From positions 13,036,000-13,099,999 of the forward strand of contig NW_002060943.1 in the NCBI RefSeq assembly GCF_000150275.1: a DNA stretch of 64,000 nt. Direction: 5' to 3'. This DNA is from Trichoplax adhaerens (lineage: Eukaryota; Animalia; Placozoa). The translations under genes and the position numbers were made by a program. Shown in pieces: positions 31,590 to 45,650 of the stretch (the first letter of the stretch is position 1; each line of letters opens with the position of its first letter). The notes beneath the pieces are model-generated. The model saw nothing but the letters and a program-made list of their open reading frames with translations. It did not search any database and was not told where the DNA came from.

Positions 31590-32700
31590 GTTCATATCTC
31601 GCTTGTTATGCTTCGCAGTTATAGCAATGCTGGATCTAAACACAAGCAGAATCACTTACCAAGATCCTTCACGCAAGAATTTACAATATTTCACTGCTTA
31701 TTCTTTGCATGCACTAACATCATTATAACTATAGAAATACAACTGGTACTAGCAATAGCCCGCTACAAACCAGTAGCTAATTACAGCCTTCATACTATAA
31801 TAAATACATTTTACCATCCAATTCCTCTCCAAGCAGTACTATAAATTAGTCTTGAATTAGTAGCATTGCTTTCGCTACTACGTCGTTACAACATGTAGTA
31901 CGTATCGTCCTCGAGTCTTGAATCAATGTAAATTTAATATAGTCCTGCTAATATCAACAATGGCGATGCTATTTCTCGAGAACGACATCATGAGGAGATT
32001 ACATTTTTTCAATAGTTTGGCCTAATGCTGTAGTATTTTTCTATATAAATGCGATGGACAAGAACTCATTCCAAGCTGGACTGAGACATTATTATTCGCT
32101 CATAGGCATTGATAGGGATCTTATTAGATCTATACTAAGGTCAACAAACCAATCATTTGGTACGCTATCAGATACAATTAGTACTCTAATTATTTCCAGG
32201 TCGCAAATTCGTAGAAACGCTAGCTTAGAAACTCATATTTGAGAATACACTGAGCCTACATCGCCAAAATAAGGACAAACTATAACCATTCTTCAAATAC
32301 AGTACATTCTTGGATGCTGGAAAGTCATTGCATGATGATACCAACAGATTCATATCAACTTATTGGTGGTCGCCATTATTATACTTACCAGTATATTCAG
32401 AGCTGGATTAAATCAATGTATTTGTTAAATTGTAGATATTCCAATTTATTACTAACAGTAAATAATCACTGATCGTAGATTCTCATTGTATGTAATTGGA
32501 TGTCTGGAAGAGGATATCTTCTCTTGGATAGTTATGCTTTCCTGTAGGTATTCTCTGACTAATTCTATATTCAATCTCACTTCTTGCAATTCATCTATCA
32601 TTTTCCTGTCCTTCATCGCAACGATAGATATGTTATATGTATGTAATACATACGATCTAAATTACATAAATAAACGCATTTCACATTGGTCCAGTAACGC
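31590..32700 (-). pseudogene. Decayed coding-like segment, copy 1 (paralogous to 38690-39890); possible TPR-protein relic
   Basis: Colinear nucleotide similarity with 38690-39890. Minus-strand peptide REYLQESITIQEKISSSRHPI is interrupted by stops. Confidence 0.45.
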
Positions 32701-33221
32701 CTTGCAAAGTATTACTATTATTATCATCAATAGAAATTAGAATTTAAGACCATCTAACGGCGATAGATCATAACGTATAGAATGATCAAGTTGGCATTGC
32801 ATGCATTGATGAGACAATGCCTACTGTGCTTTACAAAAATAATGTATAGTTAGAAAGTAACTACGAGCTTCGTTTAATCCTAGCATCCTCTCATTCTCCA
32901 CTGATGCTAATTTCATCTTAATAATATGATGCAGATTCTTACGATAAATAAGGCTTTTGACTTTTCGGTTGATGGCCTAGTCTCTATATTAGGTATTAAG
33001 AAATAAGCAATTTGATGAAATACTTTTCTATTTTATACTCTGATGTTTAGAACTGCGATTATTATATCGAACAATTGTTAATTGAGTCTGATTAGCTGCA
33101 ATGAAACCAGTAATGTCTTGAACTTTGCTTGTTACATCGATTCCAGAGAGCAAAATCGAATCATATGTTGACATCGAGTATTTTAATTGATTTTTTCGAT
33201 TCTAGTATACTCGCATATGCT

Positions 33222-33443
33222 TGTGTAAGTGATATTAAGCACTAACTGTATAGGCGGGAGAAAAAACACTAAGCTCCTTTGATACGAGATCTAAAAATAC
33301 GATTCCTAGTCTATCGCTTATGGCTAATCATTTTGTGTAAGTGATATTAAGCACTAACTGTATAGGCGGGAGAAAAACACTAACCTCCTTTGATACGATA
33401 TCTAAAAATACGATTCCTAGTCTATCGTTTATGGCTAATCATT
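33222..33443. repeat. Two-copy ~111-bp tandem duplication
   Basis: tgtgtaagtgatattaagcactaactgtataggcgggagaaaaa...tatggctaatcatt occurs twice back-to-back and is nearly identical. Confidence 0.95.
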
Positions 33444-34504
33444 ACGTCAGATTGACATTCATTTGTAATTGCCACAAAATTAACTTAGAACTACTACCCT
33501 AAACTAATTGATTACTTATTCCTACCTCCACTACACCTGGAGGCCTACTGTGTGGTAGTCCTATACTACTTACGGTCACACAGGGATAAGACTGTTCTAA
33601 GAGTTTAGCATAGTTTTTATTAATAGAGTAGTCGAAATGCTATCGAATCAAGAACTGAGAAGCTGAGCATTCGCTCCTCTTTTTATACCATACCACCAAA
33701 CTTGTGGTGTACACATGGTAATTTAGTAACATAACATTGGCATGGTTCATATAGGGAAACAACCCTCAATAAGCTATATAGTTTACTATAGATACAACTA
33801 GTAAACAACTTTAATTAGCAATAACTAATAAATAGCCAATTAAACGAAGGAGGCTCTGCACGCTTATTGCACGTTACTCGAACTTTGCAGTGGGTAATGA
33901 GGTCTACCAGTAGAAGCGCTATTAAAGTTATATAATTCGATTAACCCAAGTCTTTCGATAATTAATTCATGCAATAGAGTTACATCTATATGTATGCATA
34001 CAACATGTGTACAGTGACATACTGTATAGTCTTAATTACAGCACCATTAAGGGAAAATATTCCCATCGTGTTCAAATATTTCGTTACTTTCGTGTCCGCA
34101 TATGACGTTTATGCGACTATAGGAATTAAAATGATTAAGTTAGAAGTGCAAAAACATAAATTATTTAAGAACATTGTAGTTGGAAATAGTTAACTAACGT
34201 GACGATTAAAGATCTAAATTTATTGCATCATAAGTGCGAAAAAGAATAAGCGATTATTTAAGAAGGAGGTAAATGTTTAACTACTATAGTTAGCAATGTC
34301 ACTGCTAGCTCTAACTCTAAGCATACTGCATTATAACTGGTTCTATGCGTATACGTGTACGAGCTCTCCGTTTATTTTCGAGAATTTTTCTAATATTTTC
34401 CATTCTAGTTATTTTCTTTCCAATCTGAAAAATCGGTAAATAAAATAATAATATAAATGAGATAGCCTAAACATTCATTTCTAAGGTAATCGATCTCTTG
34501 TTTG

Positions 34505-35725
34505 CTATGTTAAATCAAGAGTTGTCTGCAGTTTCGAAGCTTGATAAAGAAATGTTCTCGATACTATCACAGTATACATGAGACCAGAAAAATCTGGAGG
34601 CATTTTGTAGGCAGCATCCCCATTCAAAGGCTTTTTTTCGATAAAATTGGAATTCTTTGTTCTGAATTTGGTCTTTATAAATTTCTTCTCCTGCCATTTC
34701 ATTGGGATACTGTTTATGTGTCGCTGCACAAGCTAGAAATATATCAATAGGACCTGATGCGATGAGTTCCTTTTTCCAGTCATGAACTGACGGAAGATTG
34801 TTAAAATCTCTAGCTGTACTCCCTATTAGAACAATGGCTGGGGTTTCCTTTTTTAAGGAAATGAGGGGTACATTCTGATATCTAGTTAAGGTAGCATCAA
34901 AATAAAGAAAAATCTCGTTTTCTATCTGATAATTTCTATCTTGGCTCTTGAGCTGAGCGTGTAAAACTATAGGGATCTTGTATTTAATAGCAGCTTGAAT
35001 GATTACTTTTCAGACCCAAAAGCATGGCAAGCACTTGAGATGGCGATGAATTATTACAAAATCTGCTGAGATTATTTGTTTTACAGTCTGATCCATTTCT
35101 AATTGATATGCCAAACTTTGAATTAGCTCTACTGAATGTACGGACAAACTTTGTCTTAAATGGCTTACAAGCTTATTAGTAAACTTAGATCCTATGTGAC
35201 TAATTTCTCCAATTTTTTTATGTCTGTATACTCGTTCAAAACTAGGGGATTTTCTTTACTTGGTGGCTTGGATATCTTCACTTTTGTAAGCAAGTAAGAT
35301 TGGATTAGAAAATACTCGCTAAAGTTTAAATGAATTTCAATATCACTTTTGAATAAATCGGATATAGATCTTTTATTAACTATCCGATCCAGATTTTCGA
35401 TAAGGTTTAGGCAATGTATTTTGACTCGGCTTATCTCCGATAGAAGAGCTTGGCTATCTACTGGATATCTCAAGAAAATAAGGGCAATCTGAAGAGATCT
35501 AATTTGGCAAGCATTTTCTCCAACAAGTGGATCAAACCTGTTGATATCTTTCTTCGCTACGATTTCTAAAGCTTGTTCTGCAGCGATTATTAGTAGTAGA
35601 TATTCACGGAGACCATTATCCAATTTTTTGGCTTTATTATTATTAGGATCATAAGGGAGTAAATGACTTAAGAGAAAATCTCTTTGATTATTGAAAGGAG
35701 ATCGAAAATTTTTCTCTAATTTCAT
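34505..35725 (-). pseudogene. Full-length pseudogene of the GENACQIR family (copy A)
   Basis: Aligns end-to-end with the intact 423-aa and ~400-aa ORFs but has a 1-nt deletion in an A-run at ~35213-35219, an in-frame TGA at 35010-35012 (CFWV*KV) and a 1-nt insertion near 34550. The corrected C-terminus is NILYQASKLQTTLDLT*. Confidence 0.92.
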
Positions 35726-35727
35726 AT

Positions 35728-35805
35728 CTGTAAAAACGGAATTAAATCGATTGGCTACTAGTGATGTTCGACTAGAGTTTTAACTAAAAAAGGAAATTAA
35801 CTTAC
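35728..35805 (-). other. Putative 78-nt spliceosomal 5'UTR intron immediately upstream of the ATG of copy A
   Basis: Minus strand reads caaca|gtaagtta...ttccgtttttacag|atATG. Confidence 0.55.
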
Positions 35806-38689
35806 TGTTGGATTTGCACGAGTTCGAACATAGTACGGTATTTTCTGGCAATATATATCTATGAATTTCTCCAGAAATTTAGGAGTCTAAGGGATGACAC
35901 ACTGAACGAATGCTGAAATTAATCCTCAACCAGAAAGGATACAATTCGACGCCAATCTAGCTTGTGAAGACTTTCAATACACCTAAGCGAATTGCGCTAA
36001 CCGAACTTTAAACAATAAAATTAATGACAATTTCTTTCTTATACCAATAAAATATCGTATTGCCGATAATTTCAAAGATTAGACTGTCTACAAATATCAA
36101 TTTTCCAAAAAATCGAGAAAATATACGAAGGCGAAAGATTGTTGCCTGTTCAAATCAGGAACTTTTGAAAAAATTCTTAAATGCCTTTCAAGAAAGTAAA
36201 CTGCATTGCATGCACATGCTTAATGCAAGCACAATAAATGCGCCTGCCGAATATACGAAATCCTCTTATTAGCAAACATAGATGATAATGTCATTTCACT
36301 TAGGAGTATGCGAGACAAAAGTATCCAATAGTCGAAACTACTACACTACCCTGCCAAACTACGCCAATATAATGTTAGAGTAAAGCACCGCCTATTAGAA
36401 ACCATTCAAAAATATCAGACCATATGTTAGGGTTAGGGTTAGAGTCATCGCTATATAAAGTAAGTAAGAAGATATAATACAAAAGAATTGAAAGGCTCAA
36501 AGCGGAAGAATTGTAATTACTGTTGAAATTTAAGCTTGTAATGTTGTATAGTTATATCTAATAATATTAGTCTAGAAGCTGTTATTTTGGAGAAATAATA
36601 ACTTAATTGAATGCAACCAATACCAAAGTATAATGCGCGCGAATGGTTAAATGGAGTTGAGTGAGCCAATCTAAAAAATAGGAGGATATTGCACATCATA
36701 TACGTATGTACTTAAAAGTGGAGAATTATATTATTACCAAAACCAGATGGATAGATTGGTGTACAAATTAATCCCCTGGACTCAGAATGATCGCTTACGC
36801 CAACTGTCAACTGTGTCGTATTATCGCATTTATAGCTATGATTGATTGGATTAAGAATGATAATTAAGTAAAATGCTGATTATTTTGTTTACTCACTCGT
36901 ATTTGTCCTTTAGAATAATTTATACCGCCACGTATTAGCATTAGTATCGTCTTATCACAGACACAAAAAAAACTTAGATATTATGATATTATAACAGAAT
37001 AGTAATAAATCTCAAATAGGTATATAAAATATAGGAGCTCGAAAGAGCTCGCAGTTGAGACGTACGTATGTATCAAATTGTTTATTCCTACAATGACCTA
37101 TGTATGATAACTTAACTATAATAGCATACTTGTTGTTTAAAAGATGCTGATAACGTAGTTAATATGTTTATAACGACAGATGGAGTATATAAGTGAGATA
37201 ATGATCAATAAAATTGTTTTGTGTGTGTGTGTTTGAGTTACGGTATACAGAAGTGGTCTTGCGGACTAAACTAACATTAACTATAAGTACTAATTGGTTT
37301 CTTGTATCGTAAGGCTAGTCATGGCACGTCTTTCCAAGCCAGGTATAAAATAGATAGCTTGACCAAAAGAATGCCTATTGTTGCCCATAACAGCGGCGAC
37401 ATTGATTGTTATATACATATCATATTAGTGGCCGCCAATTGCATCTTGACTGCTGATTGCCACAATTAAATTAAAATTATCGCAAAAGTATGCAGCAACT
37501 GTGATAGTGAAAGACAAAATATCTATAGGTATATATTTGAACAGACTTATATGTATTTAAAATATACGTTAAGAAATATTTATCATAAACCGACGAAATT
37601 ATCTCTCGTTATATGCGTAAAGTAATTTGCTTTATTAGCCAAAAGTTAAATCATTATGTAAATGCAAAAATTTTTCTTATAGGCACAAAATATAATATTG
37701 AATGTTAGTTATAATTAATTAAGGTCCATTATAGATTCTAACGAAAATCATGCCAGTGTAATAATTTAATTTAAATTTTCAATGGATATCAGACAAATAG
37801 AAGTACTTTACCTATTGAGAGGGATAGACTTTATAATGGCTTAAAATAATTACTTAATTGTTTCGAAGAGGAAGGAATGCGACTACGTTTATATAATAGA
37901 TTAATAATTATTAATAATTTAGGATGCTACAATACGTAGGATAATAATCAAATGCAAAGAATTCTGGTAAGCTGTAAAGCAATGCCATCCATATTGAAAT
38001 TTTAATTTCCGATTTTGATGTTGGAGAACGAAGACTAATTATATTATCAATGAGGCACGGTACTTAAATGAAATTATCTAAACATCTGTTTAATGTTAGT
38101 CAGTATTTCTTCGTTACTGTTATAATATTCTTGCAAGTAATATATTCATTAATTGATATACAGTATATATGTACTGTCTACATTTATTCACAAATATACT
38201 AAATGAAAATTTTCTAAAGATTAGCAAACTGCTAGACGACAGTCTGATGATCTTGTGTTTATTCCTGCATAATGTAAACTAACATTCCATATTAATTATT
38301 AAATTCATTTTAAACATATAAGGTGAAAATATCCTTTAGCTAGCTTATTTCTAGCTTTGTCCCTAATCTATTTCTAAATTATTAAAAGCTTTGCAATCGT
38401 ATCAATAATCTTATGATACCGAATATAGCAAAGTATTTGAAATTTCTGGTCTCTACAATGGGCATGAATGATGTAGAAAAGTGAATCAGTTCCATACTCA
38501 TGCTCGGATAAGATATTTTTTATTATAGCAATCATCTCTCTTTCGTTGATATTAGCTTTATTCAGAATAAATTTAATATTTCGTTGGTAAGCATACTAAG
38601 CATAAATTCTTTAGCGTAAATATCAATACAGCCGTGATTGAGAAAGCAACACCGCTTGTTCTATTGTAGCAAAATCTATAAATAGTTGA

Positions 38690-39890
38690 TATGTCTCTCT
38701 CGTTATATTCTGCAGTTACGACAATATCGTATGCAAAACTATCAGAACTAATTACTAAAATCCTTTATGCAAATTCAGGAATTTGTAAACTTTCGTTGCA
38801 TGATCTCTGTACGTACTGGTGTAATTATAAGCAAAGAAATATATTTGGTGCTACTAATATAGTGCATGCTGACTGAATGGTATGATCCATCCATCCATCG
38901 TGTACTATCTCACCTTATTCGGCTACATACTAGCGGCTAATTGCAGTTCTTATACATACTGTAGTCAATACCTACTTTTTACCATCCAATTCCTCTGCAA
39001 GTAGTACTATAAATTAGTCTTTAATTTGATTTTTAGTCTTGCTTTCGTTACGTCGTTACAACATGTAGTACAGATCGTTCTCGAGTCTTGAATAAATGTA
39101 AATTTAATATAGTCCTGCTAATATCAACCATGGCAATACTATTTATCGAGATTGACATGATTAGGAAGTTATAATCGTATATTTTAATAGTCTGGCCTTA
39201 TGGTGTAGTATTTTTCTATATAAACGCGATAGACAAAGCCTCATACCAAGCTGAGTCGAGACACTATTATTCACTTATAGGCATTGTTACAGATCTCATT
39301 AGATCTATACTAAAGTCAATAAACCATTCATTAGGTACGCTATCAGATATAATTTGTACTCTAATTATTTTCAGATCGTAAACTAGTAGAAATGCTAGCT
39401 TAGAAAATCACGTATAAGAATACACTAAGCCTAAGTCGCTAAGGTAAGGACAAACTATAACAATTCTTCAAATACAGTATATTCTTGGATGCTGGAAAAT
39501 CGCAGCCATTATATCATGATGATACCAAAACGTTGATCAATTTGCTGGTGGATGTCATCATTATATATTCAACGGTATATTCAGAGCTGGATTGATTCAA
39601 TGTATTCATTGAATTGTAGATAGTCCAATTTATTACTAACATTAAATGATCACTGATCGCAGATTCTCGTTGTATGTAATTGGATGTCTGGAAAGGGATA
39701 TCGTCTCTCGGATAGCCATGCTTTCCAGTATGTATTCTCTAATTAATTCTATATTCAATCTCGGATCTTGCAATCTATCTATCATTTTCCTGTCCTTCAT
39801 CGTAGCGATAGACATACAGTACTGTATATTTAATACATACGGTCTAAATTAAGTAATTAAATAGACACATTTCATATTGGTCCAGTTACG
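38690..39890 (-). pseudogene. Decayed coding-like segment, copy 2 (paralogous to 31590-32700); probably extends left to ~38330 and right to ~40840
   Basis: Colinear similarity over about 1.1 kb. Homologous peptides FAYDIVVTAEYNERDI versus FRSSIAITAKHNKRDM. Multiple stops. Confidence 0.45.
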
Positions 39891-42800
39891 TCTTATAATG
39901 CATTACTCGGGCCAAATTAAATTAGCAACGTCTTAAAAGTAGTCAGTAATCACTGTAATAAGAAAGAGAGTAGATACAATTTAGTTCAAATAGATCAAGC
40001 AAGCACAAGTATTGTAACGTTGTCGTAGAATATGGCCTTAAATAAACTATCTTTGAGACTCTTCTAAATTAAAAGAGTAAGGCTTTGTATGTAAGAATAG
40101 AGAGACTATGCAAAAATCATGGTACTGACATAAAAAAAGACTTGAAGAGTAGATAATAAAGTACTGCTATTTTAGGAAGTTAAATCTTTGAGAGCAAGGA
40201 TATTTTATTGTAGCTTTACTATCTCTTTTTGGTGGTGGTTTAAAATGCTCGGTTAACGGATTGATATTACCTTGGCTTTGCTGAACTCGCTGCAAATTAT
40301 TTTTTTCAATCTTAATTATACATATTAGTAGACGTAATTCAGTTCAATTTAATATTGCAATTAGTAAAAATTATTTGAGCAGTATTACCAAAATAAAATG
40401 GCATCTTGTTTCCACGTAATTATTTCCTTGCCTTAATTTCAAAATGACAGTGCATATATCCATTGCACAAGCCTCACAACTAGCTAGTCGCCTGCACTAA
40501 ATTAATTTGCGAAAATTATGTTGATTCCAGTCTATCTTCAAGGTCGTACTTGATCTATTCTGGACTGTGCAAATAAATCCTTTTTCCTTAAAGATAATCT
40601 CGTAATCCCCATTCTTCAGAGCAGGATCGACCAGACCAGTATTGTCGATATGAATCATCTTATAGTAATGTCTGATTTTGTCTAGAATATCTTGTTCATT
40701 TACGTCTGCTATTATGATTATAATCATCAGTTTAATCGTATTAGAGATATGATCTTTCTTGGAAAGATAGGATAGAATAACTGATGATTGCTGCTCTATT
40801 GGCTGATACATGAAGATCCATACAAAAGTCATAGTCAAGGCGATCAGAAAAAAGATGTATACAAAGTGGTCTGAGAAATGACTTAGACTTAACTAAATAC
40901 AAGGATAGCCATTTTCATTTTCAACATAATGGTAATCGTTACTTTCTAGCTTCCACCCAATTTTATCACGATTTTGATAAGCCATTAGGATAGGAAGATT
41001 GTCGGTATTATTAGTATGGATTACTGAAAATGCCTTTCGAAGATTTAATAGGGGTAATGTAAGTTTAACACTTCTAATTTTGTTACTAACAAAATGATAA
41101 ACATCGGGCTATAATCTAATAATAGGCGTTAATACAGAAAAGTAAGCTGGCAGTGTTAGATAGATTAGCAAAATAAACAGTCAGCTGAACTAAGACGTCG
41201 TCGCATAAACAGATAGACGGTATTTCTAGTTTTAGGCCAGGTATATCGGATAGTTTAATATTATTGTCTTGGTGCCTTTGGCACATCTTAGCTACGGTAG
41301 GATACCTGCTGAATACTAACAGCATAAATAAAAGCTGATTAGATTGCAGTATTCATGCAAAGTAAGATAAAAAAGAAGCATTAAGTACGCTTCAACACTC
41401 TATTAAATCAATGTTTTCTAATTAAATGTATTCTTACCTAAACTCTAACCCGTAATCTGTTAGCGTTGCAATTGCTTATTCTGAGTTATCTCATTAATTT
41501 TGTTTTACTAATAATTTTTTTTCAACAACCAAACGAAAATAATCAGAGAAGAATGCTGTAGCATACATACAGTATGTGATAAATTTTAATTCAAATAATG
41601 GTTGCTAGATTCAGACTTATGATTACGGTACAATCAATGAAAGTTTGCTATTTTTTCCATTTTCTAGTTTTAGATGTAACTTTTGTTTAAGTGCGTAGCC
41701 TATAAATACTATAGTCAATTTATTGATATGTTAGAGTTCGATACTATATGAAACAGTATATTAAAGCCGAGGAAAAAATTGAAATCATCGCCCAGCATAA
41801 CTATGCAATAATCTTAGTAATAAGTCTACCAATATGATCTCTTCGATGGTTACGGTTCTTGATATAAATTTGTTTATCCTGAGTGTGCGAATCGACAACA
41901 TAAATAATTTAAAATCAGCATTGTAAAGCGTATTACAGACGCATGGCTATTCTAAAAGCTGTAGATTAGAGTAATTTATTATCTATACTGATAATGCAAT
42001 TTAGATGTAGACAAACAATCCGTGAAATTCTATACATGTTCTGATACAGGATTTAAGATTCACAGAGTGCAAGGCGAAAGAATTATAATGATTTAGCTTA
42101 CCGGAATTAGTAACGTATAAATTAAAGACATTATTGAGTTTTAGTTTAATTGGTTAAAATCTGACATATCCTGCAACACATTGTCAAGATTAATAGACAA
42201 CTTAATTAGCAATATGGTGCTAACTTTAAAGATTTCATATCTGCCTTACCGCTATATATTTTCATTTCTTTATTAGATCTAAGCTTTCAGCCAAAAATTA
42301 TTAATAGGATGAACAAAACATGTCATTAATTAATATAAAAAGATTTTCACCTACTATATCATATTCAGCCTTTCAGTTCCGATGATAATACCATTCGTTA
42401 TTAGCTTAAAGCTATGAAGAGGTTGTACAATACAGTTTATTAAATTTAGATATACGTATATTAATCATTTTATATTATTTCAAGTGTGCTTTTCAACTTA
42501 TTTGTTACGATATTTCAATCAGTTACGAGTTAAGATACAGTAGTTTCTAAGTTTGTAACGCTATTTCGTTACTATACCTGATCATAAGGCAAATGGGTTA
42601 AGCTTAAAAGCTCCTAGAGGCAGATATTACGTGCACATTGCAATTGTAAATTTCCGTCATTCTTGGTGAATTAATTATTCATTGATTGTAGAGACTTTTT
42701 AGTTATAAGTTATTTCTAATGTCTCTTGTTTGAAGTACTTTCAGTTATTCTACCGATACTGATAGGATACTTTTACAGCCAGGATATTATATACTGTTAA

Positions 42801-43594
42801 AACAAATAGTACAGGTATTATTAAATGGGTTAGTNTATGGCATAGAATTAATTAATCTCTGTCACAAATATCTTCTTTTGTGAGCGATTAAACTTCTCTA
42901 ATTGCTATTACTCTCGGTGTAAGCTGGCTATTACTGTCGAGGATAGAACTACTAGAAGAGTCTTAATGTTATAATATACTTTATTGGTATAAATCTGGGT
43001 TGCAGGCCTGTCTATTACGATCGAAATTAATGGTTATTTATGTTCATTTATTTGTGTATAGAATTCTACTTACATCATAACTATTACAATACGTTATGAG
43101 TAATGATGTCTCTATCCCAACACTATCTTCATCTGATACTTATAGATAGGTTTATTGTTAGATATACATATAGAAACAATTTGTTAAGCAGTTTGCTATC
43201 ATTTTAATCCTTTTTCTGCCTTAAGAAAGTTAATAATTAAGTAATTCTTAACGCCGAGAATGATTCACGTTCATTTTATTTCTAATCAAAAGTAATATTG
43301 TGATTTTATCGTTAAAAATCAAATAAAAGGCTATTGCAAATATCAAAAATGCTTTGATTTGGTACCTCATCTACTATCAACGAAATAATACAATAATAAT
43401 GTCTCGTAAATAAAAGTTTTCCATACAAAATAAAATTTTCCTTTACGATATCGATAAAATGATGATACAAATCAGATAATGTGTAAGTAACAAAGGACCA
43501 AATATAAGGTGAAATTGGTCATATTAAAGGATTAAAATCTTCATAATATTACTGTACTCCATTTTAGAACTGTCGTGGAAGTTTGGTATAGTTT

Positions 43595-44708
43595 ATTGAG
43601 CATATATAAATTTTACAATAGTAGATATAAGCAGTCTTCTATTCTCAGAAGTAGACCTACTGTTAGATTTATACATGAATTTAATTTATTGATGATGGTA
43701 AATACTTATCCTTCGAGATACGGCATTTGATTAATTTTAAGTGTTAAGAAATTATCTAAGCGAGTGCATCGTAAATTATCAATCTTAAATTTTGATTATA
43801 ATTTTAGCTACGAAGACATCGATTATTTGCGTTCGTCTGTATTATCATTAGTCTTTACGTTTAAGTGAGAGATTTGAAGACTCTTTATGACTGAAGGCTA
43901 GCAGGATCCTGACCTCACAGGGTTAACTTCGGCTAATTTAGTTATTCTCAAATAAATCTTGATTATAGCAATAAAGGCGTGTTATAAATTATAGTACTAC
44001 TAAAATAAAAGAAGCTGGGAAGGAAACACCGCCTCTTCATCATATTTATTTATTAAAAAAACAAAATTTTACTTTCATAATTGAATCTAACAAAATTAAT
44101 TTCAGTATTAGTTCGACATCTTATTTTGTACATTATTTATACACTATTTAAGAGCTAACAATAGCTTCTACTTTCATAAAGTTGAAACGAACAAATAACA
44201 TAGCGATAGCAACTATTAATATGAATGAATTGTTCTTTCATTATTATGGTTTGAAAATAGCAGTGAATGTATTCTGATCGTGTTTGCTATGAATAAATCC
44301 CTATAGAAATATCAAAATGCGTTATACGGCTATGTTGTGCAACGGAAGTGAAAGTTGAGCTAGCAATTGTATTCTCTGCCATAGTATTTTTGAGATGCTA
44401 ACATAACTATCAAAGTTATCTCGTATAACGTGAATGGCCTGGATTGTGAAGATAAATTAAGGTCGCCAAGCATGATTAGTTCTATTGTTGCATAGGAGTA
44501 TGAATCTTTCAAATTCTTGATAATTTAAAATACCCGTATAGGCATAGGAAATGCTATGCTCCAGATAAACATTTAATCAGTTGTTAATAAGATTATAGTG
44601 ATCGCAGCATGAAAACTATGTTATAGTCTAGGTATACGATACCTTCGCTACATACCTAGACCATAACAACTGTTCGCATACCTCACCCGTTAGTTCAGTC
44701 ATCATATA
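43595..44708. repeat. 1114-bp segment essentially identical to 62887-64000
   Basis: Same sequence at a constant offset of 19292 at both ends. The only difference I noticed is an N at 63842. Confidence 0.95.
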
Positions 44709-45519
44709 GATCGCCCTCGTCATCACGATCAGCATACCTATACCGCAATAACTATATCGTGATTATATAGATTAGTAAGCTTTGTCGTCGTAATTTTTCA
44801 CAAAACTGTATAAAAGTAATGCCTTGCTGTATGTATATCATTAGAATAGAATTCTGTATGCATCTTTATATTGAAGAATTTAATACTTCTGCATCTGCGA
44901 CTTGGCCTTTATTCATACGGTCATGATTCATCCTCCATTAATCTGACGAAAAATTCTAGTAAAAAAATTTACAGAGATACTAACACTATTTATTTATACA
45001 AGTTACATTTAAACAATGTCAAGACTTAATTCACAGCTACCAATGTAAACGGAATATGTAAATAGGATTTCGCCGTTTTTATTCTTCAAGTTGTTTGAAT
45101 AAGATATATTTCCTTTATAAGCTACTTTTAGTGAGGCGTAAGTGAATAAATGTACTACAACTAGTATAAAAATAGGTTGACTAACGCTAGCAGTAGTCTG
45201 ACTTAATATTAATCGATTTTGACGGCTTATCACTTTGAATTACTTATAAATAAATATAACATCAGCCTGAATTTAGTCTTGTGGAACCTACATTTGATTA
45301 TGCTATTAGTAGATTTAATTTCAATTTAAATCCAATCTCTGATAGGACTTCTACCCATCAAAATATCGTTGTCGCAATATAGCAAAATTGAAAGTTCAGT
45401 ACCATTAAAAGTACTAAATCAACAATTCTTTATCCATAGCCTGACATACTTTATCATTTTAGCGATATTTCTAAAGGAATTGCTAACTGTTTTATCATAT
45501 TTTTCAATAATAAATTGTA

Positions 45520-45650
45520 GTTTCTTCAGCATTGCGTGTGGAAAATAGGTAGCTTGATCCGATAAATTTCGATGCAATATTTTTAATAGCAAATCCTAGT
45601 TTTTGCAGCGTTGCGTGAAGAAAATAAGTAGCTTAATCCGATAATTTTCG
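45520..45650. repeat. Two-copy ~73-bp diverged tandem duplication
   Basis: cagc.ttgcgtg..gaaaata.gtagctt.atccgataa.tttcg occurs twice. Confidence 0.7.

Noticed and set aside
36426-36443. Telomere-like gttagggttagggttag
   Set aside because: Fewer than three full TTAGGG units, too short to call an interstitial telomere.
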